Positions 35,901-45,515 of a stretch of 64,000 nucleotides of DNA are shown here, piece after piece (the first letter of the stretch is position 1; every line of letters begins with the position of its first letter). The notes under the pieces were generated by a model. That model was given only the letters and a program-made list of their open reading frames with translations, was not told the origin of the DNA and searched no databases. Source of the DNA: a virus (lineage: Duplodnaviria > Caudoviricetes). The stretch lies in IMG/VR virus record IMGVR_UViG_3300030330_005139, one strand, 5' to 3'. A program made the translations under genes and the position numbers.

Positions 35901-38794
35901 CCTTTAGTTCTCCCATAAAAGATCTTTATCCTCAAATTGACAGGGACAATCCTGTTAATAACCCTCCTGCTGCAAGTCTTTACGCTCTCCCCTATGAACT
36001 GGGAACAGTTGTTGTTGATGACCAGAAGAACAGTGTCACCAGAGGGATACTTGAGGAGTCTTATCTCGACTTTGGTGTTGGAATTGGTGTCAGTGACATC
36101 ACTTCGACAGACGCTGACACTCACACAATCTTCACTGATGTTGAGCATGGTCTCAACAGAATCACATCTCTGACCATCACAAATGGTGGTGCAGGTTATG
36201 GTAACGGTGTTGGTGCTGAGAACATTTACAACGCTGGACTGACAACCACGAGTAAAGCAGGAGGAGCAACTGCCAGAATCACAGTTGATGCTTCTGGAAC
36301 AATCACCGCAGTTAAGGTGATGGAAGGTGGTTCAGGTTATGCTGTTGGTGACACTCTGGAAGTGACAGGAACAGCAACCACAACTGGTTACTCGGTTGCA
36401 ACACTAACAGTTGCTAACATTTACGATAACACTGGAGACACAGTTGTTGTTGCTGGTGTTGGTTCTGAGACTTATTCTGGTTACAATGGACTTTACGCCA
36501 TTACTGGAATCACAACAGCAAAAGAAATCTCAGTAACCTCTGTAGAGAGTGTTTCTGGATTCACTACTACTGGTGTTGGTGCAACACTCACAAGTTCCTC
36601 TTTCACTAATGTGACTGGAGTTAGACTAGACATTTCTTCTCTGGTTTATAACAATGTAACTGGATTGGCAACAGTTACGACAGTTCAAAATCACGGATTG
36701 GTTGCTGGTAATCCCATTAAAATTGCTGGAGCGACTGATGACCTTTACAACAAACTGGTCCCAACAACTGAAATTGTTGGACTCACAACATTCATCGCTA
36801 AGATTGGAGTTTCAACTGACTCCCCTGCAGTTTCTGGAACACTGAGAGGTTACAAACCATGCGACGAATCGGCAGCTGGTTCGGTCAATTCCTCAAATGA
36901 GAATTTGGGTGGAAGAGCAGCGAAAATTTATGATGGTCCAACTGGAATTACAACCACACTCTCTGATGGAATTGTAACTCCATCTGTGGCTGAGATTGAA
37001 ATCTCCAACGTCGAGAACTTCAACTTTGAGATTGGTGACTTCCTTCAGATTGATGATGAGATATTGAGGATCAAATCAACTGTAACAGGAAACCCTGTCT
37101 CTGTGTTTAGAGGTGTTCTCTCAACAGAAGCTTCAACTCACGAGATTGGAAGTGTTGTGAGAAGAGTTAAGGTTCTCCCACGGGAATTGAGAGATCCCTC
37201 ATTGGTGTCCTCCAATGGCCACGTCTTCAACTCTGTTGGATTTGGACCTGGTAATCTTTCAACTTCTGCACCCAATAATCAAGCGATTTCTCTGTCCTCT
37301 GTTGAGCAGAAACACTCACATGCAAATAAAACCAACTCTGGTCAGATCATTTACAATGGAACTAACGAAAGAGCAGAGTACTTCGTCAACAACAGAAAGT
37401 TTGAAGCTGTAACAGGAAAAGAAATCATCTTTGATGTTCCAAACCCAACAGTAACTGGTGAAGACAGAGGTGCCTTTACAGATGAACCGAACGCCACCAG
37501 AGTTACTGCTGTAAGTGGTAACTTTGAAGGTGGAATTAGTGTTGATGGTGGTCCAGATGAGACAACAATCTCAACCTTTGATGGCCCTGTTGTTTTCTCC
37601 AACAAGGTAACGTCCACCTCCAATGATGGTCTGGAAGCAAACCACATCCTCATTCAGGGTGACTTGGATGTCTCCAGAAAGATCTCTGTCTCTGATGTCA
37701 TCCCAACAGAGGCAGGAAATGTTGGTGACATTGTTTATCATGGAGAACCAGTCACTGGTGGAACTCTTGGATGGGTTTATTCCTATCAGAATGAGTGGGT
37801 CACATTTGGCAGTGTTGGTCTTAACCCTCAAGGTGATGCACTTCTCACCAGAGTTGGTGTTGCAACAGCCACACTTGATGATGAACTGACAGTTCAAGTT
37901 GGGTCTGGTTCTTCACTGGTTGCAATTGATGAAACCGGTGTTGGAATTGGAACCACCGCTAACGAAGTGGCACTCAGAGTTGATGGTGAAGTTTACGCTA
38001 ACCTCTTCACTGGTGATGGTTCTGGACTGAGAAACCTCAGCAATGACAGTAAGTGGGCTGGAATTACAACTTATTATCCTATCGGACTGGCAGGTGTTGG
38101 TGTTGGAACAACCGCACCAGATGTGAATTACTCACTCACAGTGGGTTCACCTGGAACTGGTAAGACTGACCTCTTTGTTTATAACAAGGCAGTGTTTGCT
38201 GGTCAGGTTGAGTTTACGACAGGAAGTGGACTTGAAATCAACACTGGTGTTAGCAGCATCAGAACAGTTTACAGATTTGATCACCCCAGTGGTCAAATCA
38301 ACGCTGGAATTGTTACCACAACTTCCATTGTTGTTAACACTGACACACTTGTTTCTTCTGGCACAAGCATCGGCATTGGAACCACAGCACCAAATGCAGA
38401 TTTGGACATTGATGGTTCAACAAGATTGAAAACTTATCATGAAATCGTAAAAACAATTTCCAGTAACTCTGGAATTGCAATTATTGACCTCGCAGAAGCA
38501 CAAACATTCGCCATCACAGCGACTGAGGACATCACTGAGTTTACACTCACGAATGTTCCCACAAATTCCACAACAGCATTCACTCTGAAAATTACAAACG
38601 ATTCAACAACCGCAAGATCAATTACCGTCGATAACTTCAAGACCCCTGGTGGTTCTGTGATTGATGTTTATTGGCCTGGTGGCGTTGTTCCGACAGTAAC
38701 ACAGAGCACAGGTGCAGTTGACATTTATTCGTTCATGACTCTTGATGGTGGATCAACACTTTACGGCGCAACTAACGGACAGAACTTCTCATGA
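32966..38794 (+). CDS. Large virion structural / tail-fibre-like protein (1942 aa)
   Basis: MPLSRLDNFLKN, PFLTIQRAL, GGSGY and GIGTT repeats; TAAATA upstream. Confidence 0.75.
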   Translation: MPLSRLDNFLKNVRGNVIYVAGNDLDATDDIANQGNSRSRPFLTIQRALLEAVRFSYQIGLNNDRFEYTTIVVEPGVYYVDNRPGWIPDGENFRLRSGEVTATYEEMNARTNFNLQDPNNRLYTINSIYGGVIVPRGCSIVSVDADKTQIRPLYIPSSTNENIDPTTIFRITSGSSIDSLTFFDGDPTSTVYTDYTTTRVNPDYSHHKLSSIEYVDGVNDVDIKDEFIDYSTNRTDLQMYYEKISILYGQSSNRPITPTYPADGVDLQPLSNEFEIISVSEISETGISSIKAGDGTTATITITVDLEDPIDGIEINDLIEIDGVSDSRYNGRFVVDTVLAQNDFGVTRFTYKTLVAPDNALPTPSGSFFTLSVDTINSPIPKISKVCVKSSYGLSGLFFDGDKIGGTKQTTVIGFDYESFQNDNNAFIRYNSSSGTFDDSTSVSNLHSDSSAKFKPDFYNYGVKATNDVEIELDSCAFTGAYQHICSENGARVFSRSATSNFGQSSMCSRGFTDSSTTREDTGYISHIISPKSNLNDPIKLEWDQIDVERTAGIGSTSRLYLYNETNKSNPPKSTLQGYHIGAADNDQLRVRIHESDYHADIVMPPTEKDAIKITGTKRYNVGRNVSTGNSITSNTLTLTSNHSLLNGETIRVISDNARLPDGLDSGSIYYSITSGVSADQLKIAKTYNDAVLGEALTINNLGGTLSVESRVSDKDPGDLGHPVQFDDSVNQWFITVAESATDNTIYHVVVGLGTATLGETTSSTLFERTPDTRSLTDRIYRYRYVIPVSSGISSAKVPYNGQVIQSSSDVSGATNDEVALLYSPSGVSMTNAGELRNPSYIKQTTYSGTTASYFTERRHNLAVGNMVKIDNVTSSINPTGVGNSGYNGEFTVTGITSATGFTVTLADNPGTFSNNTSSRTTSLPTFSRNEGNHDFYIYNTETIQDFIPGSRDGIYYLTVLKSSNTPTVSPFNDEDQFAFSSPIKDLYPQIDRDNPVNNPPAASLYALPYELGTVVVDDQKNSVTRGILEESYLDFGVGIGVSDITSTDADTHTIFTDVEHGLNRITSLTITNGGAGYGNGVGAENIYNAGLTTTSKAGGATARITVDASGTITAVKVMEGGSGYAVGDTLEVTGTATTTGYSVATLTVANIYDNTGDTVVVAGVGSETYSGYNGLYAITGITTAKEISVTSVESVSGFTTTGVGATLTSSSFTNVTGVRLDISSLVYNNVTGLATVTTVQNHGLVAGNPIKIAGATDDLYNKLVPTTEIVGLTTFIAKIGVSTDSPAVSGTLRGYKPCDESAAGSVNSSNENLGGRAAKIYDGPTGITTTLSDGIVTPSVAEIEISNVENFNFEIGDFLQIDDEILRIKSTVTGNPVSVFRGVLSTEASTHEIGSVVRRVKVLPRELRDPSLVSSNGHVFNSVGFGPGNLSTSAPNNQAISLSSVEQKHSHANKTNSGQIIYNGTNERAEYFVNNRKFEAVTGKEIIFDVPNPTVTGEDRGAFTDEPNATRVTAVSGNFEGGISVDGGPDETTISTFDGPVVFSNKVTSTSNDGLEANHILIQGDLDVSRKISVSDVIPTEAGNVGDIVYHGEPVTGGTLGWVYSYQNEWVTFGSVGLNPQGDALLTRVGVATATLDDELTVQVGSGSSLVAIDETGVGIGTTANEVALRVDGEVYANLFTGDGSGLRNLSNDSKWAGITTYYPIGLAGVGVGTTAPDVNYSLTVGSPGTGKTDLFVYNKAVFAGQVEFTTGSGLEINTGVSSIRTVYRFDHPSGQINAGIVTTTSIVVNTDTLVSSGTSIGIGTTAPNADLDIDGSTRLKTYHEIVKTISSNSGIAIIDLAEAQTFAITATEDITEFTLTNVPTNSTTAFTLKITNDSTTARSITVDNFKTPGGSVIDVYWPGGVVPTVTQSTGAVDIYSFMTLDGGSTLYGATNGQNFS

Positions 38795-40416
38795 GCCCAA
38801 TCGCTTTTAATGTCTTCAGAGGGACTCAGACAGATCTCGATCTGAATGGTCCCAATCTCTCCTTTCTTCAAAATGTGAGTGATGTTATTGTTGACAGCAC
38901 TGGTGGTGGTAATGCCACATTTGTTGGAATTGCAACAGCAACATTTCCCCAATCCGAAAGGGCAACTAACACAGGAACCATCACTTACCAGTGGTTTGAA
39001 CAGAAGGTTGGTGGTGATGTTAGATTACAAGATGGTGCAAACATTACAGGGACGGCGACAACAACACTCACTCTGAGTAACATCTTCTCTTCCGCAAACA
39101 ATGGAAGAGACTTTTACCAAGAAGTGAGTTACACACCTGGTCCAACAACTGGTAATGCAATCAACGAACCACTCAAATCTGCAGTTGGTGAATTGATTAT
39201 CATTCCCACACTTTCGTTTGTTGAGAACCCAGAACCCATTATTGTTGCTGAACAAGAGACAGCAAGGTTCGTTGCTGTTGCTGAAGTGAGTGATGAGAAC
39301 TTCCTTCCAATTACTTACTTCTGGACAAAGGATGGTGTCAAACTGACCGACAGTGACACTGTTGTTGGTTCTGCAACCACAACTCTTGAAATTACACTTG
39401 ACAGTGTTGGTCTTTCCACAATCCAATGTAACGCTGAAATTCAAGCTCAGGACAGAGTTGTAAGTGTTGGAAGCAGTGTTGTTGACCTGACAATCAGAGC
39501 ACCAGAAAGTAAGTTGAAGTTTGAGGCTTATGACACAAATGGAAATTATAAGACAATCACTCATGACATCTTGACTGATGGAACATTCACTCTCAACAGT
39601 GACACCTTTGGAAGTGATTATTCAATCATTCAGTTCACTGCACCTGAACTTGCCATTGATCGAGTGAGAGTGGATGCATTCGCCGCTGCTGGAAAGGACA
39701 GATCCATTCATAAAGGTGGTCAGGGTGGAAACTCAAGATTTGACCTTGACCTTGAGGTTGATGTTGAGTACACAATCATTGGAATCTCAAATAACACATC
39801 AATCTTTGTTTACAGACAGGCACAACTGATTGCTGTGATTGGTTCTGGTGGTGATGCTGGTTCCATTGGAGATGGTGGTGATGGTGGTGGAATCAACATT
39901 GATGGTTCAAGAGGAAGTGGAAAGACTCCTGGTGTTGGTGGAGAGTCACCCAACCCCGGAACATTGGAGTTGAATGGTGTGTTTGGTTCTCTCCTTGGTT
40001 CAAAGACAAGCAGCATCACAACTTATGTTGGTGACTCCATCGCAACAGGAAATGCTGGTGGACGGTCAATCTCTTGCACCAAGGGTTCTTATTGGACTGA
40101 CCTTGGAATCTCCCCATGTTCCAACAACTCCACAGATAAAATTAGGTTTTTTGATGACAGCGGACAAGAGATTGTTGACAGCATCAAAATCTTTAGAGGA
40201 TTCAAAGCAGGTTACACAATCAGCGACACCCGTGGTCTTGGAATCAATGATGGTGGAAATGGAGGAGGTGGTGCCACTGGTGGAGATGGTGGTGTGAATG
40301 GTTCTGGTGGTGGCGGTGGAAGTGGTTATTCCAACGGAACATTCGCTCTCCAGGAGTCGAGAAGAGGTGGAAACAACACGACAAACTCTTTCATGACATT
40401 TAGAATTCCCGATTAA
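38791..40416 (+). CDS. Structural protein with Ig-like domains and Gly-rich C-terminus
   Basis: TYQWF...GTATTTLTL and TYFWTKDG...GSATTTL; GGGGGSGY. Confidence 0.7.
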   Translation: MSPIAFNVFRGTQTDLDLNGPNLSFLQNVSDVIVDSTGGGNATFVGIATATFPQSERATNTGTITYQWFEQKVGGDVRLQDGANITGTATTTLTLSNIFSSANNGRDFYQEVSYTPGPTTGNAINEPLKSAVGELIIIPTLSFVENPEPIIVAEQETARFVAVAEVSDENFLPITYFWTKDGVKLTDSDTVVGSATTTLEITLDSVGLSTIQCNAEIQAQDRVVSVGSSVVDLTIRAPESKLKFEAYDTNGNYKTITHDILTDGTFTLNSDTFGSDYSIIQFTAPELAIDRVRVDAFAAAGKDRSIHKGGQGGNSRFDLDLEVDVEYTIIGISNNTSIFVYRQAQLIAVIGSGGDAGSIGDGGDGGGINIDGSRGSGKTPGVGGESPNPGTLELNGVFGSLLGSKTSSITTYVGDSIATGNAGGRSISCTKGSYWTDLGISPCSNNSTDKIRFFDDSGQEIVDSIKIFRGFKAGYTISDTRGLGINDGGNGGGGATGGDGGVNGSGGGGGSGYSNGTFALQESRRGGNNTTNSFMTFRIPD

Positions 40417-40466
40417 GACTAAATAAAGATAACAGTTTTGCGGTGGATAATGAAACCGCTAATTAA

Positions 40467-43400
40467 ATGGCAGAAAAGTCTTTTGTTGTAAGAAAGGGTC
40501 TTGAAGTTGCAGAAACTCTCATCTTTACCAATGATGAGATTAACAGTGTTGGAATTGCGTCCACTCAACCTGGTGGTAAGTTAACAGTCTCTGGAACCAT
40601 TGAAGGCGATGGAATTCGTTTGGTTGGTTTCAGCACTGCAGAAAGGGGTCTAAACATTGGTGTTGGTGGAACAGTTTTATCTGTTGAGACAAACACACAA
40701 AAGATTGGAGTTAACGAAGCGTCTCCATCGTTCCCACTGGAAGTCAAGGACCCAGCAGGAATTGGTGGGACAACTTTATTTGTGCATGGAAACATTGGAG
40801 TCAGCACCGACCTGATTGTTGATGAGACAGCAACGATTCAGAGAGACCTTACGGTCAATCGTCACTGTCTTGTCTCTGCTGCTGGCATCACAACATTAGC
40901 AAGTGAGACAAAGATTACTGGAGCAATCAGCGCTCATATCAACGCAACCAGCAGTCTTGCGGTTGGTTCGACTGCATCCTTTGGTGGAGCAGTTGCTTTC
41001 GCCAGTTCCATTGGTGGTCCTGAGGCACATATTGATGACCTGACTGTTAGACGCAACTTACATGTCAATGCAACAGGTTTCAGCACCATTGCAAGTGACC
41101 TGAGTGTGACTGGTAATGTCACAACTCACCTTGGAGTCACCAGCAGTCTCTCCATTGGTTCAACATCTGACTTCACTGGAGCAGTTGCTTTCGCCAGTTC
41201 GATTGGTGGTCCAGAAGCACACATTGATGACCTAACTGTCAGACGCAACTTGTTCGTCTCAAGTGCTGGTGTTGGTACCATTGCAGCAGACATTGCCATC
41301 ACTGGTTCTGTCACGGAACACCTTGGAGTTACCAGCAGTCTTTCCATTGGTTCCACTTCAGATTTCACTGGAGCAATCTCCTGTGCCAGTTCAATGACTG
41401 CTGTCACATTCTTTGGTGATGGTAATGGACTGACAAACATCAATCCAAGTGAAGTGAACTTGGATGGAACAGATCAAAGACTGGATGATCTGGACGTTGC
41501 CGGTGTCGGAACAGTCGCCACACTGGATGTTACTGGAGTTTCAACTTTCACAGGAGATGCCCACTTTGAGGCACAGATTGGAGTTGGAACAGCAGATCCA
41601 AAGACAGGATCTCTTCTTCATCTTTATGCCACTGCTCCTGAAATCTTCTTTGAGGAATCTGACGCACTTGCTGATAACAGAATTTGGTCTCAGAAAGTTG
41701 ATGGTGAAGAACTTCTCTTCGCTGCTGGTACCGATGCTCTTGGTTTTGGTACCACTCGGTTCAAGATGACTCGAACCCTCAACTCCATTGACACATTTGA
41801 AGCAGAGAAAGATGGAGAAACTTGGTTACTTGTTGACAACAGAGATAAGAGAGTTGGATTTGAAACTGCAGACCCAAAGGTTTCACTTCACGTTGTTGGT
41901 GACGCACAAGTAAGTGGTTTCTGTAGTGCAACCAACTTCTTTGGAGATGGTTCAGCACTCACCAACATTTCAGCATCTGAGGTTGACTTGGATGGAACCT
42001 ATCAAGACTTCCAAGGTCTGACTGTTGCTGGTGTTACCACACTCACAGAAGGATTGCGTTCAGTTGGATTTACAACTTTCCTTCAGAAGGTTCACATTCT
42101 CGATAACGTCCAACTTCAAATTGGTGGAGCAACAGAAGGTGCCACTGGAGACATGAGACTTTATCATGACACCACAAACAGTTTCATTGATGATAATGGA
42201 ACAGGTAATCTACAACTTAGAACTATCCTGGGAACAGGAATTGATATGATTGGTGGTGGTAGTACGGAGTACCTCTCAAGATTTATAAAAGATGGCGCTG
42301 TTGAACTTTATTATGACGGAAGTAAAAAATTAGAAACTCTCGAAGATGGTATTGATGTAACAGGTAATGTTGGGGGTGACACTTTAAACATCTCTGGAGT
42401 TGGAACCATCAGTGGTGGTTTGACAGGAAATGTGACTGGTAATGTTACTGGTGATCTGACTGGCACAGCCACTAACGCTACCAAGGTTAACATCGAGGGA
42501 TTGGATGCCACCGGAAACCGGGCCATCTTATTCCAGGGAGCCTCAGGAAATGCCGCCACCACTGAAGGTCGTGTTGCTTTGGCCTCCACTACTAACTATC
42601 CGAGGATTCAACCATCTACAGGAAAGATAACTGCTGCAGGTGGTGTTGTTGCCAATTTGACTGGTAATGTAACAGGTAACTTGACTGGTAATGTGACTGG
42701 CAGTGTCACGGGTAATGTGACGGGTGTTTCGACTGGATCAGATGCAGTCAAACTTACCACTGCAAGTGACGGAACAACCAGACAAATCCTCTTTGTTAGT
42801 GGGAGTAACACAGAATATGACGCCGTTGAGATTGACAGCGAATCCAGTGAGTTGACATACGTTCCATCAACAAACACATTCTCAGTTTCTAACATTGTTG
42901 GTGACTTGACTGGTAATGTTACAGGCAACGCAGACACAGCAACACTTGCAGCCACATCAACCATTGTTGCTGGTACTACAGCCTCCAGTTTCGTCAACTT
43001 CACTGATGGTGGAACAGGAGCACAGGCACTGAAGAGTGACACATCTTTGCGTTACACTCCCACATCACAGACACTTACAACTGGAACAGTTAATGCCGCT
43101 TTGACGGGTAATGTTACAGGTAATGTGACTGGTAACTTGACTGGTGATGTCACTGGTGATGTCACTGGTAACGCAGACACAGCAACAACTGCAACAAGTT
43201 CCACTAACATTCGGGTTGATTCTGATTCCACCAATGCTGATCGAATTATTGTATTCGCTGATAGTACAGGAACTAGCAAAAGAGCAAAGGCTGACACTAA
43301 CCTGACTTACAACCCATCCACAAACACACTGACAGCAGGAACTTATGACACAAGTTCTGACGAAAGAATCAAGAAAAACATCAATCCGATTGATGACGCT

Positions 43401-43619
43401 CTGGAGATTCTGAGTGAACTGAATGGTGTTAAGTTTGAGTGGAAAGAGAATGGTCTTCCTTCAGCAGGTGTCATTGCTCAGGATGTTGAGAAAGTTCTCC
43501 CAGAACTTGTCCATGAAGTTAACGAAGTCAAGAGAGTGAATTATGATGGACTTATCGGAGTCCTCATTGAATCAGTGAAGACTCTCACAAAGAGAGTTGA
43601 AGAACTTGAGAATAAATAA
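40467..43619 (+). CDS. Tail fibre with C-terminal intramolecular chaperone (peptidase S74)
   Basis: GNVT/GNLT repeats; TSSDERIKKNI...GVIAQDVE...VNYDGLI. Confidence 0.85.
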   Translation: MAEKSFVVRKGLEVAETLIFTNDEINSVGIASTQPGGKLTVSGTIEGDGIRLVGFSTAERGLNIGVGGTVLSVETNTQKIGVNEASPSFPLEVKDPAGIGGTTLFVHGNIGVSTDLIVDETATIQRDLTVNRHCLVSAAGITTLASETKITGAISAHINATSSLAVGSTASFGGAVAFASSIGGPEAHIDDLTVRRNLHVNATGFSTIASDLSVTGNVTTHLGVTSSLSIGSTSDFTGAVAFASSIGGPEAHIDDLTVRRNLFVSSAGVGTIAADIAITGSVTEHLGVTSSLSIGSTSDFTGAISCASSMTAVTFFGDGNGLTNINPSEVNLDGTDQRLDDLDVAGVGTVATLDVTGVSTFTGDAHFEAQIGVGTADPKTGSLLHLYATAPEIFFEESDALADNRIWSQKVDGEELLFAAGTDALGFGTTRFKMTRTLNSIDTFEAEKDGETWLLVDNRDKRVGFETADPKVSLHVVGDAQVSGFCSATNFFGDGSALTNISASEVDLDGTYQDFQGLTVAGVTTLTEGLRSVGFTTFLQKVHILDNVQLQIGGATEGATGDMRLYHDTTNSFIDDNGTGNLQLRTILGTGIDMIGGGSTEYLSRFIKDGAVELYYDGSKKLETLEDGIDVTGNVGGDTLNISGVGTISGGLTGNVTGNVTGDLTGTATNATKVNIEGLDATGNRAILFQGASGNAATTEGRVALASTTNYPRIQPSTGKITAAGGVVANLTGNVTGNLTGNVTGSVTGNVTGVSTGSDAVKLTTASDGTTRQILFVSGSNTEYDAVEIDSESSELTYVPSTNTFSVSNIVGDLTGNVTGNADTATLAATSTIVAGTTASSFVNFTDGGTGAQALKSDTSLRYTPTSQTLTTGTVNAALTGNVTGNVTGNLTGDVTGDVTGNADTATTATSSTNIRVDSDSTNADRIIVFADSTGTSKRAKADTNLTYNPSTNTLTAGTYDTSSDERIKKNINPIDDALEILSELNGVKFEWKENGLPSAGVIAQDVEKVLPELVHEVNEVKRVNYDGLIGVLIESVKTLTKRVEELENK

Positions 43620-43638
43620 GAGGAGGAGTTGATTTCTT

Positions 43639-44595
43639 ATGGCTGACAAGTATCAAGCGGGGGGATCGCTCCTTGCCGATAGTGAAGAGTTTCTAACAGG
43701 TAAAGATGGTACCTTCAGTGGAACGGTAAGTGCATCCGATTTCCATCTAACTGGAGGTATCCAGGCTGGATTGCCTTATCCAACTGGTACAGTTTTGTGG
43801 TGGCCAGCATCCTCAGCACCAACTGGTTGGAGGAAATGTAATGGTGATGCAATCAGCAGAACAACTTATTCTGATTTATTTGCACTCATTGGAACAACAT
43901 ATGGTTCTGGTAATGGTTCAACAACCTTCAACATTCCTACGATTAATGATGACCGTTTTATTCGGGGTTGGGGTAGTTCTGGTGGTCTTGATCCAGGGAG
44001 AACTTTTGGATCATCACAAAATAGTGACATAGGAAATCATAGTCACACATCAAACTCTGCCAATGCCCCACACACTCACACGGTGAACTCCAACGCCAAC
44101 CAGATGGGTCACAACCATCAGTTCGTGATTTCGGCAGCCAATATGCCACACCAACACAATGCCAACACTGGTGGTGCAAACGCTCCTCACAAACACGGCG
44201 GTAACGCGTCCGGCAATAACAATCACACCCACCCAATACGCAGAAGAGAAAACCGTTCGAACCCGGGCAATAACTATTCTGGACACTGGAACACCAACTC
44301 CCCGGCTGATAACGGCATGATGAGGCCTGCAGGAGGTCACAGCCACAATGTTGGTTTTGCAAATGCACAGGTTCCCCACAGTCATCCAGCCAACGTTGGT
44401 GCTGCCAATGCTCCTCACACTCACCCGACAGCTGTCGGGTCATCAAATGCTCCACACAATCATGGAACTAAGACCACTGCTGAAGCGAGTAATGTCTCAC
44501 ATACACACGCATTTGATGGTGGTGATGGTGGAGATAGTCCAGGGAACATAGTTAGGCCAGCTGCCTTCTCAATGATGGCTATTATCAAATTATAA
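43639..44595 (+). CDS. Tail collar-domain fibre with 11 HxH motifs (paralog 1)
   Basis: PTGW..CNG..ISRTTYSDLF collar domain; (N)APHxH repeats. Confidence 0.85.
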   Translation: MADKYQAGGSLLADSEEFLTGKDGTFSGTVSASDFHLTGGIQAGLPYPTGTVLWWPASSAPTGWRKCNGDAISRTTYSDLFALIGTTYGSGNGSTTFNIPTINDDRFIRGWGSSGGLDPGRTFGSSQNSDIGNHSHTSNSANAPHTHTVNSNANQMGHNHQFVISAANMPHQHNANTGGANAPHKHGGNASGNNNHTHPIRRRENRSNPGNNYSGHWNTNSPADNGMMRPAGGHSHNVGFANAQVPHSHPANVGAANAPHTHPTAVGSSNAPHNHGTKTTAEASNVSHTHAFDGGDGGDSPGNIVRPAAFSMMAIIKL

Positions 44596-44607
44596 GGAGG
44601 AATAAGA

Positions 44608-45513
44608 ATGCCATATAAAATAACAGGATCAGAAGTCGTTCAAGACGATCTTGACATATCTGGGAGAAATGCTACCTTTGTTGGTGTCGCAACTGCCGCG
44701 GCATTTGATGGTTTAAACGTAGCACCTACTGGTTCTATAGTTTGGTTCGCAGCTAATACAGCACCAACTGGTTGGCTTGCACTTGATGGTTCCAACGTCA
44801 GCAGAACAACTTATTCTAGATTATTCGCCATTTTTGGAACATCATTTGGTTCTGGTAATGGTTCAACAACCTTCGGGTTGCCTGACATGAGAGGTCGGTT
44901 CTTCAAACACCAAACGACCGGCAACGCGTTGACGAAGACAGGTGGAATTCCTCCACACAATCATTCACTTTCTGCCGCTAATGCAAAACACGAGCACCCT
45001 GGATCTAATTTCTCTAGCGTCAATGCACCACACGCTCATCCAGCCAACACTGGTAGTCACAACACTCCTCATTCTCATCCAGGAAATGCTGGTGGTGTAA
45101 ACGCTCCTCACGGTCATAACACAAACACAAATAATACAGGAGGTCACCACCATGAATTTACAGGAGCTGATGATATCGAAATTGACAACACTAGCTCCAG
45201 AGACAAATTTGTAAACGGCCCGGGTCCTCAGTCGCAAAATGCGAACACCTTCCCAGGTGGAGCTCATAGTCACCCCACAGTTAATTGCAACACTGTCAAT
45301 GCCCCACACAGCCATGCTGCGAACACCAGCAATAATCAGGTTCCCCATAATCACAGCTCGTCTATGACGAACACCAATGTTCCTCACACTCACCCAGCTA
45401 ACTTAAATACTGTTAACGCTCCACATAATCACGGTGCTGGTTCTCACACTGGCGGCGCCAGCAGTTATGTCAGACCCAAAAACATCGCTCTTCTTCCCAT
45501 CGTTAAGACCTGA
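44608..45513 (+). CDS. Tail collar-domain fibre with 11 HxH motifs (paralog 2)
   Basis: PTGWLALDG..SRTTYSRLF, PDMRGRF, RPKNIALL. Confidence 0.85.
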   Translation: MPYKITGSEVVQDDLDISGRNATFVGVATAAAFDGLNVAPTGSIVWFAANTAPTGWLALDGSNVSRTTYSRLFAIFGTSFGSGNGSTTFGLPDMRGRFFKHQTTGNALTKTGGIPPHNHSLSAANAKHEHPGSNFSSVNAPHAHPANTGSHNTPHSHPGNAGGVNAPHGHNTNTNNTGGHHHEFTGADDIEIDNTSSRDKFVNGPGPQSQNANTFPGGAHSHPTVNCNTVNAPHSHAANTSNNQVPHNHSSSMTNTNVPHTHPANLNTVNAPHNHGAGSHTGGASSYVRPKNIALLPIVKT

Positions 45514-45515
45514 TC

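Noticed and set aside
42190-42720. Apparent codon-usage shift inside the long fibre suggesting a swapped module
   Set aside because: Visual impression only; needs a sliding-window codon or k-mer computation
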